DNA of 64,000 nt from a virus. Below the pieces are notes generated by a model. The model worked only from the letters and a program-made list of their open reading frames with translations. It did no database searches and had not been told where the DNA came from. Numbering within the stretch: position 1 is the first letter of the stretch; each line of letters begins with the position of its first letter. The stretch lies in IMG/VR virus record IMGVR_UViG_3300034198_015644, positions 1 to 64,000 of that record. One strand, written 5' to 3'. Below, one piece after another: positions 38,732 to 49,600 of the stretch. The position numbers were made by a program, and so were the translations under genes.

Positions 38732-40963
38732 ATGGAATTTTATAAAAAAATATTAAGTAATAAATTGTATCAAGGAAGTCAGTTATCTAACTTCCAACTT
38801 AATACTTTTATAGACCAAGATAACCGACCACTTCCATTAGGTGAACAAGATGTTGCTATTAGCGAGTACCAACAATTTATTAATGAAAGAAATAATTCTA
38901 CATGTTATAGATTAAGTGGAATACTTAGGGGATTATTTACAAATATTTTGTTTAACGTAACGGGTGATAGGAGTTATGAAAATATATTGGCACTTACTGG
39001 AGATACAGGAGAATTTAATCCAAACGTACAAATATTTCAGAATTTTGGTTACAAAGATATTTTATTAGAAAGAGATGGATGGTTTTTTTATCGAGAAAAA
39101 ACTGCCGGTACATTAAAAGGATGTGTCAATAATTGTTTAAGACCATTACCAAACGACTTTTATTTTTTACCGTTGGCATATAGCGGTAAAACAATGTTAG
39201 ATCCTAATGGAGATCCGGTACAAAATTGGTATTTTAAACTTACATATCCTGCATATAGTGGAACTTGTTCAAATATATATTTTCAATCTCCATATGTCGC
39301 AGGATCATTGGGACAAGTAAATTTATGTGATGGTATTGTAATTAATAATATATTTACGGGAATAATAAATGGTAGAAATGCCACATATGTTCAAACACCT
39401 ATAAATCACGGTCTTTTAGATGGCGATCAAGTCATCATACGACCATTTGATATTTTTACTACCGAAAAAATTTTCAATGTATTGGCAGTTTCGGGTGAAA
39501 CTGGTTTTTGGATTGACTACTATGATAATTTTGTACCAATAACATTCATTAATGCTTCCACAATTAATTTTGATCCGTTAAGATTTAAAAGAATATTTCA
39601 AGGAATAGAATCTCAATACATGCCAAGAGTTTTTAAAAGTATTAGTAATTTAAATGATTATCAAATATACCAACCAACAAGTTTTGGGGTTAATATGTTT
39701 CATGACCCATTAGAATTATATCATTTTAATACGGATATTGATACTTCTCCATATAAAGATTATTTAAATCGACCATTGACAGAACTTTATTTAACAAAAA
39801 TAAAATATACAAATCCTGGTAAAATAATTGCGGATATGGAGGATTGGACAATATTGACTGTAGGTTTATTGACAAATCAACCAAATCAAAATTACGATGT
39901 TAGGGCAATTTATGGTGGGTCACCAAATAGATTATCTCCACCGCCACCAAAAATAATAAATTTTGTGACTGAAAATGACACAGAATTTTTTGGTGATATT
40001 GTGGATTACAATATTGGAGACATAACAGAACGAATTATTGCAGTGCCATATTATAGATTTAATAGTGTTAATAGGGAAGATAATGCATATGGGGAAGGTT
40101 ATTTTTATAAGGCACATGATAAAATTCAATTATTAGAATTTTCATCTCAGGTCGAACAAGAAAATTTAATATTACCTGATGCGAATGTTCCTGATTATGT
40201 GGTTACAGTAAATGGTGTACAACAATGGAGAGATTTATTAACACCAGGATTTAAAGACGCAGCAGGAAGAGGAGTTGATTATCCATTTTTAAATGGTTGT
40301 ACTTATATATTTACCGAACACGATATGTGTCTATATAGACAAAACCCAAAACAATTGGAAGTTTATAGTGGGACAGTTGCGACTTATGCAAATAATGTAG
40401 TTAATCCTGTAAATTTAAATTTTAATAATACTATAAACACTAGTTATAATGTTAGTGCACCTTCAGGACAAAATACATCGGGTAGTTTAATAATTGCAAA
40501 TAGTAATTATGTTGCACAATTTTACGGGATTTACGTATTTAATTATAACCTTACTATAGGAATGAACCCAAGTACACTTCCTATAGGTAATGAGGTTTCT
40601 ACAACTTTAATCATAGAGATTAAAAATAATTTAGGTGTCACTAAAGAGACTTTTACAATTGGAAATATATCGTCACAAAATTTAAGTACTTTGGGTAGTA
40701 TGAATTTTACAGGATCGTTGAATATTATTTTAGATGTTAATGATTATGTGAACATAGTAACGCTTTATGATGGTAAATCTTATTTTGGTGCAAATAATTT
40801 AAATGTTACATTTAGTGTTATAGGATCTTTTGGGTCATCATTTCAAATAACAACAAATAATATCCCAAATGGAACGGTAAGTCAATTACATTATTGGATT
40901 GCTGGTGTCAATTGTGATAGAATTTATGGAGAATATATAGAACCTGTAGATGGAGATTGTTAA
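38732..40963 (+). CDS. Structural protein with C-terminal C1q/TNF-like domain
   Basis: ERNNSTCYRL, RPLTELYLT, EGYFYKAH, WRDLL.PG, DYPFLNG; YVAQFYGIYVF...LDVNDYVNI resembles C1q. Confidence 0.55.
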   Translation: MEFYKKILSNKLYQGSQLSNFQLNTFIDQDNRPLPLGEQDVAISEYQQFINERNNSTCYRLSGILRGLFTNILFNVTGDRSYENILALTGDTGEFNPNVQIFQNFGYKDILLERDGWFFYREKTAGTLKGCVNNCLRPLPNDFYFLPLAYSGKTMLDPNGDPVQNWYFKLTYPAYSGTCSNIYFQSPYVAGSLGQVNLCDGIVINNIFTGIINGRNATYVQTPINHGLLDGDQVIIRPFDIFTTEKIFNVLAVSGETGFWIDYYDNFVPITFINASTINFDPLRFKRIFQGIESQYMPRVFKSISNLNDYQIYQPTSFGVNMFHDPLELYHFNTDIDTSPYKDYLNRPLTELYLTKIKYTNPGKIIADMEDWTILTVGLLTNQPNQNYDVRAIYGGSPNRLSPPPPKIINFVTENDTEFFGDIVDYNIGDITERIIAVPYYRFNSVNREDNAYGEGYFYKAHDKIQLLEFSSQVEQENLILPDANVPDYVVTVNGVQQWRDLLTPGFKDAAGRGVDYPFLNGCTYIFTEHDMCLYRQNPKQLEVYSGTVATYANNVVNPVNLNFNNTINTSYNVSAPSGQNTSGSLIIANSNYVAQFYGIYVFNYNLTIGMNPSTLPIGNEVSTTLIIEIKNNLGVTKETFTIGNISSQNLSTLGSMNFTGSLNIILDVNDYVNIVTLYDGKSYFGANNLNVTFSVIGSFGSSFQITTNNIPNGTVSQLHYWIAGVNCDRIYGEYIEPVDGDC

Positions 40964-41798
40964 TAAAATACAAATTAGGTTAGACTCAATAAAAACAAGT
41001 GCATCGACCATATCGATTCCATTTGGTTTAGACTTTTTTCCTGTAGACAATTCTGAATTACAAGAAGTTGAATTTGTTGATAAGGAAATTGAAAGGGCTA
41101 TAAATCCAATATTTGACGATGAAAAATATCCATTTTATCCTACATACGTAGATAACGCACAAACTTTAATGGCGTATAATGTAAATTTTGTGATATTAAA
41201 TCAAAATTTATCATTCTTAGGATTAACTGACGATGACATTATATATAGAAGAAATTCTTTTAGAAGAACTTATCTTAGACTTAATTTTTATGATAGTAGA
41301 GATACTAAAATTCAAAATTTAGTGGCAAGAGAAACTATACATTTAGAATTAGACCCAAATTGGTTTGACAGTGACCAAAAAATAAAAGATCAAACAACCT
41401 TACCATTAATTTTTAAAACAAATTTTAAAGAATTAATTTATAATTCTTCAAATGGAGAGGGGTATAATTTTTATTGGTACAAACAAAATTTACCAAAAAC
41501 ACTTTATGTAAAGGCATCTATTATGAATGCTAAAACAGGTAGAGTTGAAAATTTATATTCATCTACAGTCAACCCCACAACATTATTTCCTGGTCAAGTA
41601 CTTTCACTTCCTGTTGCTATAGTGTCGGGAGGATTTAATTATATAAGATGTGATTTTTATGAAGAATTAACTAAAAAACAACAATTTTATTATACATTGA
41701 ACAGTGATTCACTTTGTGATGTTAGCAATACAGGAACACCAACTTCAATTGCAAATTCAATAACGAATACAATAATAATAAATTTACAGACATACTAA
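40950..41798 (+). CDS. Hypothetical structural protein
   Basis: 282-aa ORF overlapping its neighbours in the tail operon. Confidence 0.7.
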   Translation: MEIVNKIQIRLDSIKTSASTISIPFGLDFFPVDNSELQEVEFVDKEIERAINPIFDDEKYPFYPTYVDNAQTLMAYNVNFVILNQNLSFLGLTDDDIIYRRNSFRRTYLRLNFYDSRDTKIQNLVARETIHLELDPNWFDSDQKIKDQTTLPLIFKTNFKELIYNSSNGEGYNFYWYKQNLPKTLYVKASIMNAKTGRVENLYSSTVNPTTLFPGQVLSLPVAIVSGGFNYIRCDFYEELTKKQQFYYTLNSDSLCDVSNTGTPTSIANSITNTIIINLQTY

Positions 41799-42703
41799 TG
41801 GAGTTAATTAAGAAAACAATTAATTTAGGTGAGTTGAGAAGTCATATGACTCCATTGGTTTATGAACTTTTAACTAAAGATTTAAAACAAAAAGGTTGTT
41901 GTACGGGACTTAACAATAAACAAATTATTTTACAAAATGCCGAAACATTTGACAATAATTGGGGAAAATTAGATTTTCCATTTATTTACATAAATGTTTT
42001 TTTAACTCAGAATATAGATGATATGGGTATATTTACAGATCAACCGTATGTTGATGAACCTGTAGATTACACATTAATTTATAATAATTTTACCGCTTTT
42101 ACTAATCCATTACCTGTAAGTATAATATTTTCCGCATCGTCATTAGATCCTTATTTACCTTATTTTGCAAGATTAAATGGTCAAACAGAATCTGATTTTT
42201 ACGCGGCAGATGGAATAATAAGTGGTTTGACAGATGATAAATTTTATTCTGTGACTAGTTACAGTTCAAGTACACCATTTGTACCATATTTGAACTTGAG
42301 TATTGACCCAAATTATTTTGTAGGTGTAACTAATATTTTTTCTACGTATACTGCATATACAATTGATGCTCAAGTTGGTAGTATTTGGACTACAGGTTTA
42401 CATTATTATACCTATAATTTTGATAGGTTAATTTATAATTCAAATATTGGTTCATATTTCACGATACCATATACAAAAGTACTTTATCAAAGTGAGGGTT
42501 GGAATGCTTCAAATACGTCATTATCGGCAATAACAAAAGAAGAGATTTATTTTGGAATTGTTTTCCCACCAAAAATTGAAAATAATGTATTTATTGATAG
42601 AGGCGGAGTATCTGTTTTTGAAAACCACTCAAGATTGAGATCAATTTCGAGTATTCAACAACTTGAGATATATGGAAATGGGTACTATAACTTAATTAAT
42701 TAA
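41798..42703 (+). CDS. Hypothetical structural protein
   Basis: 301 aa; INVFLTQNIDDMGIF...PKIENNVFIDRG...LEIYGNGYY. Confidence 0.7.
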   Translation: MELIKKTINLGELRSHMTPLVYELLTKDLKQKGCCTGLNNKQIILQNAETFDNNWGKLDFPFIYINVFLTQNIDDMGIFTDQPYVDEPVDYTLIYNNFTAFTNPLPVSIIFSASSLDPYLPYFARLNGQTESDFYAADGIISGLTDDKFYSVTSYSSSTPFVPYLNLSIDPNYFVGVTNIFSTYTAYTIDAQVGSIWTTGLHYYTYNFDRLIYNSNIGSYFTIPYTKVLYQSEGWNASNTSLSAITKEEIYFGIVFPPKIENNVFIDRGGVSVFENHSRLRSISSIQQLEIYGNGYYNLIN

Positions 42704-42716
42704 AAAAAAAGATAAA

Positions 42717-43622
42717 ATGTCAACAGGAAATTATGGAATAATCAGACCCGCAGACGTGTCACCAGATGACATGGAGGTTTTTTACCATTTTACCCCTACT
42801 AGGGATCAAATTGGTAATGTAAATTTAATAAAGTTGGATCCAAATACTATAGTTAAAAAAATTGACAACCCAACTAATCCAAACCAAATATTTGGAGGTT
42901 TATATACCCTACAACTACCAACCTCAATTTTTAACCAAAAAGGTATATATACTTTAGTAATTAAACCTAAAGAAATTAGGACAAGAATATTAGATTGCGG
43001 AGTTCTTTCATCATTTCCTGAGGTTAGAGGAATCATATTTGATTCAGGACAAATACCCGCAGGTGATGTTACTAAATTTGAAAATGGGGCGTTAGTTGGT
43101 TATAGAGTAGAATATTTAAGTACTGACCCTAATGCACCTGAAAAGAAAATTCAAAATTTATTTAGAATTTTTACGTCTAATAATAAAGCGGAGGCGGTAA
43201 GTCAAAATTTAAATAATACTACACAAAAGGCATTAACTTATAGATTTAACGATAACTCAAGCTTAGTATTTTGCACAGTAACACCTAGCTCTGCACCAAG
43301 TGTTAGACCTAACGCGTTACCATATATTGGAGTACCCGGACAAGATGTGATAATAACAAATACATTTTTTAATCCAGTATCAATTGAAATTGATATGGTA
43401 GAATATGATATAGAATCATTGGCATATGGTTTATTTGGTAATCAAACCAAATCCATTGATGATGGTATATATACAATTTATAACTTTCAAAATCAAATTT
43501 ACAAACAATATAACTTGTTTGAAATTAAAGATCAATATGATAAAGCGTTATATGAAGTTAGAGAAGAAAGAACTAATATTGATTTTGGTAAAGATTTTGT
43601 AACTGTAACTAGTGGTTTATAA
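42717..43622 (+). CDS. Hypothetical structural protein
   Basis: 301 aa; GNYGIIRPADVSP, GGLYTLQLP, GNQTKSIDDGIYTIY. Confidence 0.75.
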   Translation: MSTGNYGIIRPADVSPDDMEVFYHFTPTRDQIGNVNLIKLDPNTIVKKIDNPTNPNQIFGGLYTLQLPTSIFNQKGIYTLVIKPKEIRTRILDCGVLSSFPEVRGIIFDSGQIPAGDVTKFENGALVGYRVEYLSTDPNAPEKKIQNLFRIFTSNNKAEAVSQNLNNTTQKALTYRFNDNSSLVFCTVTPSSAPSVRPNALPYIGVPGQDVIITNTFFNPVSIEIDMVEYDIESLAYGLFGNQTKSIDDGIYTIYNFQNQIYKQYNLFEIKDQYDKALYEVREERTNIDFGKDFVTVTSGL

Positions 43623-43625
43623 TAG

Positions 43626-46187
43626 ATGGCGACAGTTAAGACAAAAGTAGTTGGGAATAATTTTGATCCTTACTTAGTAGGATTACAATGGACTAGTGAA
43701 GGAGGTACACCTCTTTTCACTGTAGGTAATTTTCAAATTACTACTAACTTAACTTCACCACCCAAAAGAAATTTTCAACTAGGATCATTTTCAGATCCAT
43801 TAACATTAGAAAATTTAGGTACAACACTTACTGAGGCGACTCAATTTGTTGACGATAATTATAGTATTTTTCTAAATTTAAATACTGAAAATTTATTAAG
43901 TTTTACTTTATTTGGTTCATTTAAAGAATTTGTAAGGGTAGAGTTAGAACAAATACAATTAAATTGGCCTGCTTCAATATACGTTTTTTATGCGTATGGA
44001 ACAACTACGGGTAACACCATGACGAATTATAGTTATAATTCGGGAACAGGAGAGGCTTCATTTGATGTATCTACTAATTTTTTCTACAATAATTATAATA
44101 TAAATTTTTTACAAAGTGGTGCTTTATTACCAAACACTTCAATACCTAGTTCAATAAGAAATTTAAGTGTTTATTATCCTGAGTATGAAATTTTTATAAA
44201 TGGACAAAGTTATCCTATCATTGGGTTTACGGGGTCGACTACCATAACTAATGGTACAGTAAATTTTATCATTCAAGGAGATCCACTTAGCGGTGCAACA
44301 AACACCACATTATCTTATCATATAAGACCAAATAGTAGATATTTGGAAAGATTTTTTTCCAATTTAGATGATTTTGCTAGATTTCTATTAAATAGAAATA
44401 CAGTACCTCAATATACATGTATGATATATTATGAGGAACAAAATGAAAATTATCAAATACTACAAAGATCACAAAGATTCACATGGCCGGTTACAGATGG
44501 ATATAATTTAGATTTAAATACGGGTGAATTTTTATTATATAGAAAATCATTATTAGAAATTGCAGAAAATTATGACGAGTATAGATCAGATTTAATGAGA
44601 AGAATGCTCGTAACAGAGTCTGTATCATACTTTGAATTAAATCCAAGACTATCCGCGTATATACCAATTAATACTACAGAAAAAATTGATAAATTATTAA
44701 ACATTTATGGTAGAGAGTTTGATGAAATAAGAAAGTACATTGAAGGTATTTCTTTTGCGGCAACAGTATCATATAATAAACAAGGTAATACTCCTGATGC
44801 TTTAATAAAAGATTTTGCTTATTATTTAGGTTGGGACATATTATCACCTATGGACGAGAATCAACTCTTCCAAAATTTTATGCCAACACAGAGTGTATTT
44901 TCAGGAATGACGGTTGGTTATACCCCTGCGGAGGCAGAGATTGAATTTTGGAGAAGATTAATTTTAAATTCGTCATTTTTATGGAAGAGTAAAGGCACTA
45001 GAAAACCAATCGAATTTTTATTTGATTTTATTAATACACCACCCGCTTTAGTTAATTTTAATGAATACATTTATCAAGCAAAAAATAAATTAGATATTAA
45101 TAATTTTAGACAAATAATACAATATCTTTATGATGATACTAATTTAGATGGATATAATGTGGATGAAAATGGTTATCCTAAAGTTCCGGTAGACACACTA
45201 CAAAATTATTTTCAAAAAGGTGGAGGATGGTACAGAGAAACCGCAGGAATCAATTCCCAAGTAGATTATTATGAAGGTAATAATCCACATATAGGACCTT
45301 ACGATGGTGGACAATTCTATATAGATAGTTTTCGTTGTTTATTAGAAAATTTTTCAGGACAAACAATAAAAATAACTAATGAGTATGTAGAATTTACAAA
45401 TATATTTTCAAATTATTATGGTGGCACAGTTGGAGATTATACAGGACAAATTTATGTTGATCCTGTAGATGGAGGTAACAATCCAACAGATTGTATATTA
45501 ATAGCAGGTACAGTAGTTACTGCAATTACGGCACCAGAATATACGGTATGTGGTTGTTTGTTACCATCAGGATTAACTAAGGCAATTGTGATTAACGTAA
45601 GACCAAATCCAAACCCGAACCCTGGATGTTCAACTGCGGCAACTCCATCTTGCCCAAGCAATTTATTGTATTATAATCAAGTTAATAATTTGCATGTTTG
45701 GATAGATAATAATACTGGTAATTTCGTAAATCAAGTACCGGCACAATGTTGTCAAGATATTGGAGGGGTTTATGATTCGTTAACACAACATTGTTTAGTT
45801 TCGGGAACTAATGGTTCTTCAGGAACTAGCGGTTCTTCAGGAACTAGTGGGTCTTCAGGAACTAGTGGGTCTTCAGGAACTAGCGGTTCTTCAGGAACTA
45901 GCGGTTCTTCAGGAACTAGTGGCGGTGGGGCATATAGATCTTGGATTATTACAAAATGTATAAATTCTTGTGGAGCAAATGGTTACGAATGTATTGGACC
46001 TTCAACAGTCACAGTTTATACTAACTCTACTGTAACATCTTTAACTGATCCAAATACGGTAATTTATTCAGACCCATTAGGAACTACATTATTTAGTTTA
46101 CAATATTTCTCTCGTTTAGGAAGTATATACATTACAGATATTGATGGCACCCCTGCGGTAGAAGGTGCAATAGGAAATCCGTGTTAA
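43626..46187 (+). CDS. Baseplate/tail protein (gp7 or P2 I-like region) with C-terminal Cys-rich part and GSSGTS repeats
   Basis: LLNIYGREFDEIRKYIE...PDALIKDFAYYLGW...RRLILNSSFLWKSKGTRKPIEFL. Confidence 0.6.
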   Translation: MATVKTKVVGNNFDPYLVGLQWTSEGGTPLFTVGNFQITTNLTSPPKRNFQLGSFSDPLTLENLGTTLTEATQFVDDNYSIFLNLNTENLLSFTLFGSFKEFVRVELEQIQLNWPASIYVFYAYGTTTGNTMTNYSYNSGTGEASFDVSTNFFYNNYNINFLQSGALLPNTSIPSSIRNLSVYYPEYEIFINGQSYPIIGFTGSTTITNGTVNFIIQGDPLSGATNTTLSYHIRPNSRYLERFFSNLDDFARFLLNRNTVPQYTCMIYYEEQNENYQILQRSQRFTWPVTDGYNLDLNTGEFLLYRKSLLEIAENYDEYRSDLMRRMLVTESVSYFELNPRLSAYIPINTTEKIDKLLNIYGREFDEIRKYIEGISFAATVSYNKQGNTPDALIKDFAYYLGWDILSPMDENQLFQNFMPTQSVFSGMTVGYTPAEAEIEFWRRLILNSSFLWKSKGTRKPIEFLFDFINTPPALVNFNEYIYQAKNKLDINNFRQIIQYLYDDTNLDGYNVDENGYPKVPVDTLQNYFQKGGGWYRETAGINSQVDYYEGNNPHIGPYDGGQFYIDSFRCLLENFSGQTIKITNEYVEFTNIFSNYYGGTVGDYTGQIYVDPVDGGNNPTDCILIAGTVVTAITAPEYTVCGCLLPSGLTKAIVINVRPNPNPNPGCSTAATPSCPSNLLYYNQVNNLHVWIDNNTGNFVNQVPAQCCQDIGGVYDSLTQHCLVSGTNGSSGTSGSSGTSGSSGTSGSSGTSGSSGTSGSSGTSGGGAYRSWIITKCINSCGANGYECIGPSTVTVYTNSTVTSLTDPNTVIYSDPLGTTLFSLQYFSRLGSIYITDIDGTPAVEGAIGNPC
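45813..45920 (+). repeat. Six tandem 18-bp units encoding (GSSGTS)6
   Basis: GG(T/G)TCTTCAGGAACTAG(C/T) x6, in frame, no spacers. Confidence 0.95.
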
Positions 46188-46197
46188 AAATTTAAAT

Positions 46198-46557
46198 ATG
46201 GAAATACATAAACTTCGTTGGCCACTTAATGAATGTCCCATTCCCGTTAAATTTAAAACACAAAAACCTATAATTTATCCGATCATAGAAAATTTTTATG
46301 AATTACCCGATGAACAAAAAAATGTTTTATTAGAAATAAAAAAGATAATAAATTTTTATTTACCCGATGCGAAGTTATTTTTATTTGGTTCTAGAATAAA
46401 AGGTAATTGGGATGAAAATAGTGATTATGACATAATGGTTGAAACTAAAGAAAATGGCGAAAAAAATAAAATTTTAAAAAAATACGATTTTGGGGTAAAA
46501 GTAGACATTTGTTTTACCCAAAAATACGAAGCACTAAAAAAAATTGAAATTACTTAA
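46198..46557 (+). CDS. Minimal nucleotidyltransferase (Pol-beta superfamily, MNT-like)
   Basis: LFLFGSRIKG.W...SDYDIMV...KVDI signature. Confidence 0.85.
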   Translation: MEIHKLRWPLNECPIPVKFKTQKPIIYPIIENFYELPDEQKNVLLEIKKIINFYLPDAKLFLFGSRIKGNWDENSDYDIMVETKENGEKNKILKKYDFGVKVDICFTQKYEALKKIEIT

Positions 46558-46587
46558 AAAATAAAAAATAATTTGAAAAAAACTTCA

Positions 46588-46610
46588 AAAACAAAATAAT
46601 TATTTTAAAA
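46588..46610 (+). promoter_or_regulatory. 23-bp leader element duplicated before the two paralogous fibre genes (copy 1)
   Basis: AAAACAAAATAATTATTTTAAAA, identical at 59037-59059; contains the palindrome AAAATAATTATTTT. Confidence 0.6.
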
Positions 46611-46618
46611 TTGACATA

Positions 46619-49600
46619 ATGGCGTTCCCAATATTAAGAGATCCTGAAGTAATACATTTATTTGTAGATAAGTTCCCAACTTTATTGAGTGGTCCGTCTA
46701 GTGCAATTACAGAATTTTATAGTTTTTGTGTAAAAAATGGAGTAAATGAACTTTCATTATATGACACATTAAGTGTTTTACCAAGTTCAACAAACTCAGT
46801 TAGTAATTTTATTTATAGTGCAAAAACTTTTAATTACGTATGTGAAGTTGGCGGAACCGTAAATCCTTATGATCCTGCAACATTAGGATTAAAATATTTA
46901 AACTTAATTACTACCTACAATAATGGACAACCAAATCTATCAAGAAAATACGATAGGATAACTATTGAGAATGAATTTTGGAACTTAGAGACAAGTATTA
47001 ATCCATTAAAAAATACTGCAGGATTTACCATATCAACAATTGCGGGAAATACTGTGGCATCCATAGCAGGGGGAATACCCTCATCAATTTTTGTTGTGGG
47101 AAATATGGTTAAAGTTTTTGGTGAATATAGACAAGTCTTAGCAATTGGGGCGACAACAATAACTGTTGATAGAGGATTTACTAATACAGTAACAAATCAA
47201 ACTTTTGAAATTAGAGATAATAAAGTTTCGGGGGCAGAAACATATGCAATTGATTTTGAAACATATTTGTTGCGTTTAAAAAATATTAGAAATGTTGCAG
47301 TTGCAAATAATTTAAAAATAGATGCATATCTTTCAAGAAGAGTAACACAAGTACAATTTTTAAAATTAATTCCATTTATTGACAGAATTTTAATTGAGGC
47401 AGATTACGATCAAAATAATTATTTACTATATAACGACCCAACACAATTAAATAAAATACGAGATGTTTTAATTAGATGTAGTCAAAATAGAACAGGTACT
47501 GTCAATATCAATGTTGGTAACAATAATATGCAAGGTATTGGGACTGACTTTACCAATGAGTTGGGAGTTGGTACAAAGATTTACGTTAGTGGACAAGTTT
47601 TTACAATACAATCTATTGTAAGCTCAACGCAGGCAACTTTATTGGAAACTAACAATAGTAGTACAATTAATAATGCAACTTTTAAAACTTATACAGAATT
47701 TGCCCCAATATTCTATATCAACAAGACATTAAGAAAAACTTGGTTAACCACACCTGTTAGTACTAAAAGTTATGCTGATGTTTTTAAAATGTTTACACTT
47801 AGTGGTTATACAGTAGGAGGATCAGTACAATCAGGTAGTAACCCAATTTGTTATAATTTGGAAGACAACCCATCAATAACTGGTGCGACTAATTTGATTG
47901 GCATATCAATATTTGATAGAACTGAGGCACAATCTATAGACATAAAAGTTGCACAATCTTCTTCACCAAGATCAAGTTGTACCAATCCTTTGGCTAGATC
48001 TATTGGTGCTAACAATACTTATGCAATAACTTTTCAAGGAAATGATTGTACCTGTGATAATGCGACAAATGGATCAGTAACTGCGAATTTTAGTACAATA
48101 CAACCTACCCCATACAACTATACATTTACAAATGGTGGTAGAGTAATTGAGATTACAAATTTAACTACACCACCACCATATACGTTTAGTGGTCTAGGTT
48201 TAGGTACTTGGAACATATCAGTAAGAGATGGTAATAATAGTGTTTCAACAGGTAGTGTCACAATAAATGAATCATTTCAACCAACCATTACAGGTAATTA
48301 TATAAGTGCAGGTCAAGGCGGAATTACAGTATTCTATACGGGAGGTTATAACAACTACTATATTTCAAGAATAGATAACCCAACAAATATAAACAATCAA
48401 TGGGGACCTTTTATTTCATATCACAATGCAGGTAGTGATCCATTTTTTGATTCTAACATAACAGTTAATAATACAACAAAATCATATAATTCATCATCTA
48501 CTCCTGCGTATAATTTTGTACCAAATCAAAGTTATAGTTTTGTTATTGGAGATACAGATGCATGTATTAAAATTTTTACTGTAACAATACCTCAAGCGTC
48601 AACGGGACCTTCAGTAAATATTACTCAAACTACCAATCCATCTTGTGATGCAGCATCAAACGGTTCTATAACTATGGTTGCAGCAGGCACAGGACCTTAC
48701 GTATTTCATGTAACATATCCAAATGGAAATACAAGTAACATAAATAGTGTGAGTACTACACAAGTATTAAATAATTTATCGGCAGGAAATTACTCAGTAA
48801 CAGTAACAGATGCAAATAATGTTACATCTACCCCTGCGGTTACTACAACTTTAACTAATACATATAATTCAAATATAAATGCAACTAGTACATCACCTAA
48901 TCAAGTGTGTTTTCAATTAGTCGCAGGATCAACATATACTATAACATCAGGAGGGGGAACATTCCAATCATTTAATCAAACAGTAAGTGGACCTAACTTT
49001 ACCCCATGTTTTAATAATTTACCAGGAGGACAATATAACTTTAATGTTTTATCTTCTAATGGTTGTTCAGAAACAATTTATTTAACAGTTAATAGTGCAA
49101 CATTAACATTATCATTAAATCAATACGAAAATCCAAGTTGTACACAAGTTAATGATGGAATTATTAATGTATTTGCGACAAGTAATGGTAATGGACAATT
49201 TTCTTATTCCGCATCAAATGGTAGTGTAATTTATAGCAACAATAGTGGTAATTTTACTAATTTGAGTGCCGGTACTTGGACATTATCAGTTAGTCAAAAT
49301 GGAATTTTGGGGAATAATATTGTAGTGCAATTAAATAATTCATTTTATGTTAATGTGACTAGTACAGGTGAAACTGTATGTGTTAGTGCGAGTGGTGGTT
49401 CATTAGGTATTTATACTGTAGATATTAACGGTACGTTACACACCTATAACACCGCATCCACAATAAATTGTTATACTGGTCTTTGTTCGGGAAATGTTGT
49501 CAGAGTTGTTGATGGTGACATTATAAACACTTCAATATCAGGTTGTGTATACACCACAACAACACCTAAAGATTGTGCATTTAATTTTAACGTCACTGCT

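Noticed and set aside
45813-45920. Tandem 18-bp repeats as a CRISPR array
   Set aside because: No spacers, in-frame coding repeat, no cas genes
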